NCBI GenBank assembly: GCA_963677595.1
Contig: OY782041.1
Coordinates: 2,240,001 to 2,304,000 of the forward strand
Source of the DNA: Spirochaetia bacterium
GTDB lineage: Bacteria; Spirochaetota; Spirochaetia; CAKZLE01
DNA length: 64,000 bases
Direction of reading: 5' to 3'
This document shows positions 60,383 to 64,000 of the stretch, piece by piece. The stretch's first letter is position 1, and each line of letters opens with the position of its first letter. The notes below the pieces were generated by a model that made no database searches, was not told where the DNA came from, and saw only the letters and a program-made list of their open reading frames with translations. The translations under genes and the position numbers were made by a program.

Positions 60383-61478
60383 TAGAACAATGAGAAGAAT
60401 AGACAGGCATACATTGATCTCGACGATCAACACGAACAGGATCTACGTGTTCTTAGGCCTCGTGGTGGTCATCATGTCGATAGCGGCTCCAGGATACCTA
60501 AGAGCCGGGAACATCGTGCCGATGCTCAAGACCAGCCTCCTGCCGATTCTGGTCGGGATCGGCTTCACCTATGTGATGATCGGCGGCAACTTCGATCTCT
60601 CGATCGGCTCGGTCATCAACGTCGGGGCTGTCATGGTGATGGGGGAGTTCAACCGGTTCTTCCATCTCTTCGGGGGAGAGGCCGCGGGCACCGAGGCCGT
60701 GGTGTTCGGCTGGATCATCGCCGCGGTCATCGCGCTGGCCGCCGGTTCCCTGGTCGGCCTGGTGAACGGGCTGCTCGTCGCCAAGGGCGGCGTCCATTCG
60801 TTCATCGTCACGATCGGGATGCTGATCGCCATGTCGGGGTTCGTCTACACCTACTCGAAGGGGAACACCATCAGTGCCGACAGCTACCTCCTCGTCGATA
60901 TCATCGAGAAGCCGTTCACCAGGCTGCCCTACCTGAACGTCTTCACGATCCGCTTCGTCATCACGGCAGTCGTCCTGGCCTGCTTCGAGGTCGTGCTCAC
61001 CCTGACCAAATGGGGCCGTGAAGTATCGATGGTAGGCAGTAATCGTGAGGCAGCCTGGCATGCAGGCATCAATACCGATAGGAAGGTCATCTGGACCTTT
61101 GTCATTTCGGGCTTCACGGCAGCCTTCGGCGGGATCCTCTTCGCCGTCTCCATGAATGCCGCTGTACCGAACTACGGGGAGCGCGGGATCAACCCCCTCA
61201 TGCTGGTCCTGGCTTCCACGATCATCGGCGGGACCGTCATGTCGGGCGGGAGCGGGAGCGTGGTGAAGACCGCAGTCGCTGTCATCACCATCCAGGCAAT
61301 CTTCAATGGGCTTATCTGCCTGGGCCTCGGATTCGATACCCAGGTGCTTGCTGCAGGGGTACTTCTCGGGGTCGTGGTGATCTACGAGGCGTATGTCCTC
61401 TACCGGCAGAGCCTCAAGCGGGGAGAACGACCTGCCTTGCTCTCAGAGGCCGAGATGCTGAAGGCGAGGGGGAAATAA
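60375..61478 (+). CDS. Sugar ABC transporter permease (RbsC-like)
   Basis: DLSIGS, GSNREAAWHAGIN, IIGGTVMSGGSG. Confidence 0.9.
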   Translation: MHSRTMRRIDRHTLISTINTNRIYVFLGLVVVIMSIAAPGYLRAGNIVPMLKTSLLPILVGIGFTYVMIGGNFDLSIGSVINVGAVMVMGEFNRFFHLFGGEAAGTEAVVFGWIIAAVIALAAGSLVGLVNGLLVAKGGVHSFIVTIGMLIAMSGFVYTYSKGNTISADSYLLVDIIEKPFTRLPYLNVFTIRFVITAVVLACFEVVLTLTKWGREVSMVGSNREAAWHAGINTDRKVIWTFVISGFTAAFGGILFAVSMNAAVPNYGERGINPLMLVLASTIIGGTVMSGGSGSVVKTAVAVITIQAIFNGLICLGLGFDTQVLAAGVLLGVVVIYEAYVLYRQSLKRGERPALLSEAEMLKARGK

Positions 61479-61479
61479 C

Positions 61480-61818
61480 ATGGACCGGAACACCCCCAAA
61501 CGGTTCGGTCAGGTGATCAGGATCGACCCTGATATGATCGAGGTCTACAAGCAGTACCATGCGGCTCCCTGGCCGGAGATCAATGAGATGATCAGGGCCT
61601 GCCACATAGAGAACTACTCGATATTCCTCAAGGATGACCTGCTGTTCGCCTATTTCGAATATAGCGGGGAAGACCTCGCTGCGGACATGGCACGGATGGC
61701 GGAGGACGAGAGGACCCAGGCATGGTGGGCGATCATGAACCCCATGCAGCGACCGCTGGAGACCCGGGCTGAAGGGGAGTGGTGGGCCGGCATGCAGGAA
61801 GTGTATCACCTGGACTGA
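61480..61818 (+). CDS. rhaM: L-rhamnose mutarotase family protein
   Basis: YKQYHAAPWPE, IENYSIF, LFAYFEY, WWAIM, MQEVYHLD. Confidence 0.85.
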   Translation: MDRNTPKRFGQVIRIDPDMIEVYKQYHAAPWPEINEMIRACHIENYSIFLKDDLLFAYFEYSGEDLAADMARMAEDERTQAWWAIMNPMQRPLETRAEGEWWAGMQEVYHLD

Positions 61819-61826
61819 ATCGCAGG

Positions 61827-62633
61827 ATGAAGCGTACTGAGAGCTGCCTGAAGAGACTGGCCCGCATGAACGACTGGCTGAACCATATCGAGGGAGACCG
61901 GGTCCCGGCGGGCGGCAGCTCACTTCCTGCATCCACCTCCCGCTGCCGCGGCCTGGACTGGGTCGTCCCACCGGTTAAGGTAGGTCGGCATCCTGAGCCC
62001 TGCGGGATCGACACGATCGAGAAGGCCTTGATGTGGCATGTTGATTCCTCTCAATTCAGCCGAAGCTTGGAATGTGCCGGTGAGATAGAGAATAAGGCCA
62101 TAAATATTTCCCTGACCGATGCTGCCTGGCTGGAGACCGTCAGGTCTCTATACCCGGAGATCCCCGTCTGCGGGGAGGTACAGGAAGCCTATGAGCTGGG
62201 ACGTGGGATCCTTGGCAGTAAGAACATGCTGATGTGGCTGGCGTTATACCCGGATGAGATGGGGCTATTCCTCGATCGTGTGACGACCTACAGCCTCGGG
62301 TTGTGCAAAGCGCAGATCGAGGCAGCCGGCGGGATGCTTGACGGGTTCGTGATCCGGGGGGCTGTCGCCTACGAGAACGGCCTGCTCTTCCCCCCGGAAA
62401 CATGGAGGCGTTACTTCCTCCCCTGCATCAAGGCTATCATAGACTACTGCCATATACACAGCCTGCCGGTCCTATACTACGGCGGGGGGAACGTCTCAGA
62501 GATACTTCCCGACCTCATCGATGCAGGCTTAGATACCTATGGCCCGGTCGGTGGGGACACTGGGATGGATCTGCTCGAGATACGACAAAAATACGGCCAG
62601 AGATTGTTACTCATAGATGAAATAAGACATTGA
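61827..62633 (+). CDS. Truncated/divergent URO-D family protein
   Basis: G..NMLMWLALYPD, LLFPPETWRRYFLP, ILPDLIDAGLD, GMDLLEIRQKYG; last beta/alpha units missing. Confidence 0.6.
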   Translation: MKRTESCLKRLARMNDWLNHIEGDRVPAGGSSLPASTSRCRGLDWVVPPVKVGRHPEPCGIDTIEKALMWHVDSSQFSRSLECAGEIENKAINISLTDAAWLETVRSLYPEIPVCGEVQEAYELGRGILGSKNMLMWLALYPDEMGLFLDRVTTYSLGLCKAQIEAAGGMLDGFVIRGAVAYENGLLFPPETWRRYFLPCIKAIIDYCHIHSLPVLYYGGGNVSEILPDLIDAGLDTYGPVGGDTGMDLLEIRQKYGQRLLLIDEIRH

Positions 62634-62718
62634 GTATGTATTAACGGCATTAATGAACGTACCCCTGCATTTGCCAGGGGAGCCCTGCCCGATATACCAA
62701 TGTGCGGGAAGTAGGGTT

Positions 62719-64000
62719 CTACGATGCCGGGATATGTTCCTCGCGGAACTCCGTCGTTGATAACCCGCAGTATTTCTTGAAGACCCGGTAGAAGTAGTTA
62801 TGGTCCGAGTAGCCGACGGCAAAGGCTATCTCCTTGGCCTTCATGTTCGTCTGCTCCAGCAGTTCTCTTGCCTTGTCCACCCGCACGGAGTTTATATAGT
62901 CACAGAAGGAGAGGTCTTTGACGGTCTTGATCTGCTGGCCGAGATACCCCGGCGTGATATCGAACTGGTCAGCGAGGGTCTTCAGCGAGAGTGGCTGGTC
63001 GAAGTGCTCATCGATGAAGCGGAGGACCCTGCTGAGCGTGTCCTGGCTGTTCTTCCTCGAATGGATGACGGCGATGATATCCTTCGCAGTACTCCTGATC
63101 CACAGGAGGGACTGCTCGATCGACCGCTGGTCGAAGAGGTACTTATAGACCCCTTCATAGTCATTGAAGAACTCATACATCTGTACGCCGTTCTCCTTGA
63201 GGACCTGGACGAGGATCGAGAAGATCTGGATGATGAATCCCCGGAGGAACTCCTCCTTGATGAACCTGACGTTGTGCAGGATGGAGAAGAGCTTCTCGAA
63301 ATAGGAGTCGACCCCATCGGAGTCCAGCCTGCTGAGCGCCCTGTAGAGATCGTCATCATTGAGGCTGGGGATGATATCCTTCTTCTCGATGAAGTCCTGG
63401 ACGTTGTCCCTGTTGACGATGAGGCTCGGGAGGTACCGCACAGTCTCTATCTTGAACCCGTTGAACCAGTCCGCGGCTGTCTGCATGGCCAGGGCCCCGT
63501 CCATCTCCCCCGACTGGTATGCCGCTGCATGGATGCTCCCTGACTTCACCATATGCAGGGCACGTTCCGAACTGCCCATACATACCCGGATGATATCTTT
63601 CCGGCCATAGGCCATGGCTACGTTGTTGATCGCCATCTGCAGCGGGGCGCAGCCCGAGTTCACGATCCCGGTCAGTTCCCTGCCGTAGGTTGCGATCCAG
63701 GAGGAGACCAGCTGCTCCGTCAGTTTGGGGTCGAGGTACGAAGTCTCGGCTTCCAGCAGCTTGATCTCAGGGGCGATCCGCTTCAGCTCGGCTGCGAAGC
63801 CCCAGGTGCGTGCGTTGAAGGCCGAACTGCCGGGGATATGCCTGACGATGACATAACTTCCGCGGTAGCCCATCAGTTCGGCGAACTCACGGGCCAGCAG
63901 CCGCTGCTGACCCCAGTCATCGGGGCCGGTCCACGCCAGGATGTGCCGGTACACCGACGGCTCGGGCAGGGAGTTGCAGCAGATGACGGGTATCTCCGAC
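62719..64000 (-). CDS. AraC-family regulator with N-terminal periplasmic-binding-protein-like domain (5' end outside window)
   Basis: C-terminal SLKTLADQF..PGYL...IAFAVGYSDHNYFYRVFKK; frame open to the window end. Confidence 0.88.
   Translation of the reverse strand, partial: SEIPVICCNSLPEPSVYRHILAWTGPDDWGQQRLLAREFAELMGYRGSYVIVRHIPGSSAFNARTWGFAAELKRIAPEIKLLEAETSYLDPKLTEQLVSSWIATYGRELTGIVNSGCAPLQMAINNVAMAYGRKDIIRVCMGSSERALHMVKSGSIHAAAYQSGEMDGALAMQTAADWFNGFKIETVRYLPSLIVNRDNVQDFIEKKDIIPSLNDDDLYRALSRLDSDGVDSYFEKLFSILHNVRFIKEEFLRGFIIQIFSILVQVLKENGVQMYEFFNDYEGVYKYLFDQRSIEQSLLWIRSTAKDIIAVIHSRKNSQDTLSRVLRFIDEHFDQPLSLKTLADQFDITPGYLGQQIKTVKDLSFCDYINSVRVDKARELLEQTNMKAKEIAFAVGYSDHNYFYRVFKKYCGLSTTEFREEHIPAS

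Noticed and set aside
59474-60433. Long antisense ORFs (also 13385-14173, 15197-16048, 62800-63543, 1595-2296)
   Set aside because: Shadow frames opposite well-supported genes in GC-rich DNA; no family motifs

Overview
Bacterial genomic window, probably a free-living spirochaete (inferred from secreted binding proteins starting ...AGGSQE / ...ANGSSEE). No rRNA, tRNA or CRISPR array was seen. From left to right: (1) the tail of a sugar ABC/epimerase/Zn-dehydrogenase operon; (2) a 14-kb signalling cluster with an HD-GYP regulator, a periplasmic binding protein, a MAC2-like hybrid kinase with CheR/CheB, two further hybrid kinases and a REC-GGDEF; (3) an AAA-DUF4143 ATPase, carbamate kinase, a frameshifted LacI-type gene and a fused [2Fe-2S]-molybdopterin oxidoreductase; (4) a visibly AT-richer island of about 24 kb (~25.0-48.7 kb). 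The island carries two CDF metal exporters, a Dpp/Opp ABC importer and an unassigned catabolic enzyme set, and its promoters share a FadR-type TGGT-N3-ACCA operator. Its nitrilase gene is split by a single-ORF IS66 element, which itself contains a nested 2.7-kb Mutator-like IS with a predicted -1 frameshift; (5) a second AAA ATPase-nuclease and a 5-PAS diguanylate cyclase; (6) a sugar ABC locus with three URO-D/methyltransferase-fold proteins, a rhamnose mutarotase and an AraC regulator whose sensor domain is a paralog of the transporter's binding protein.
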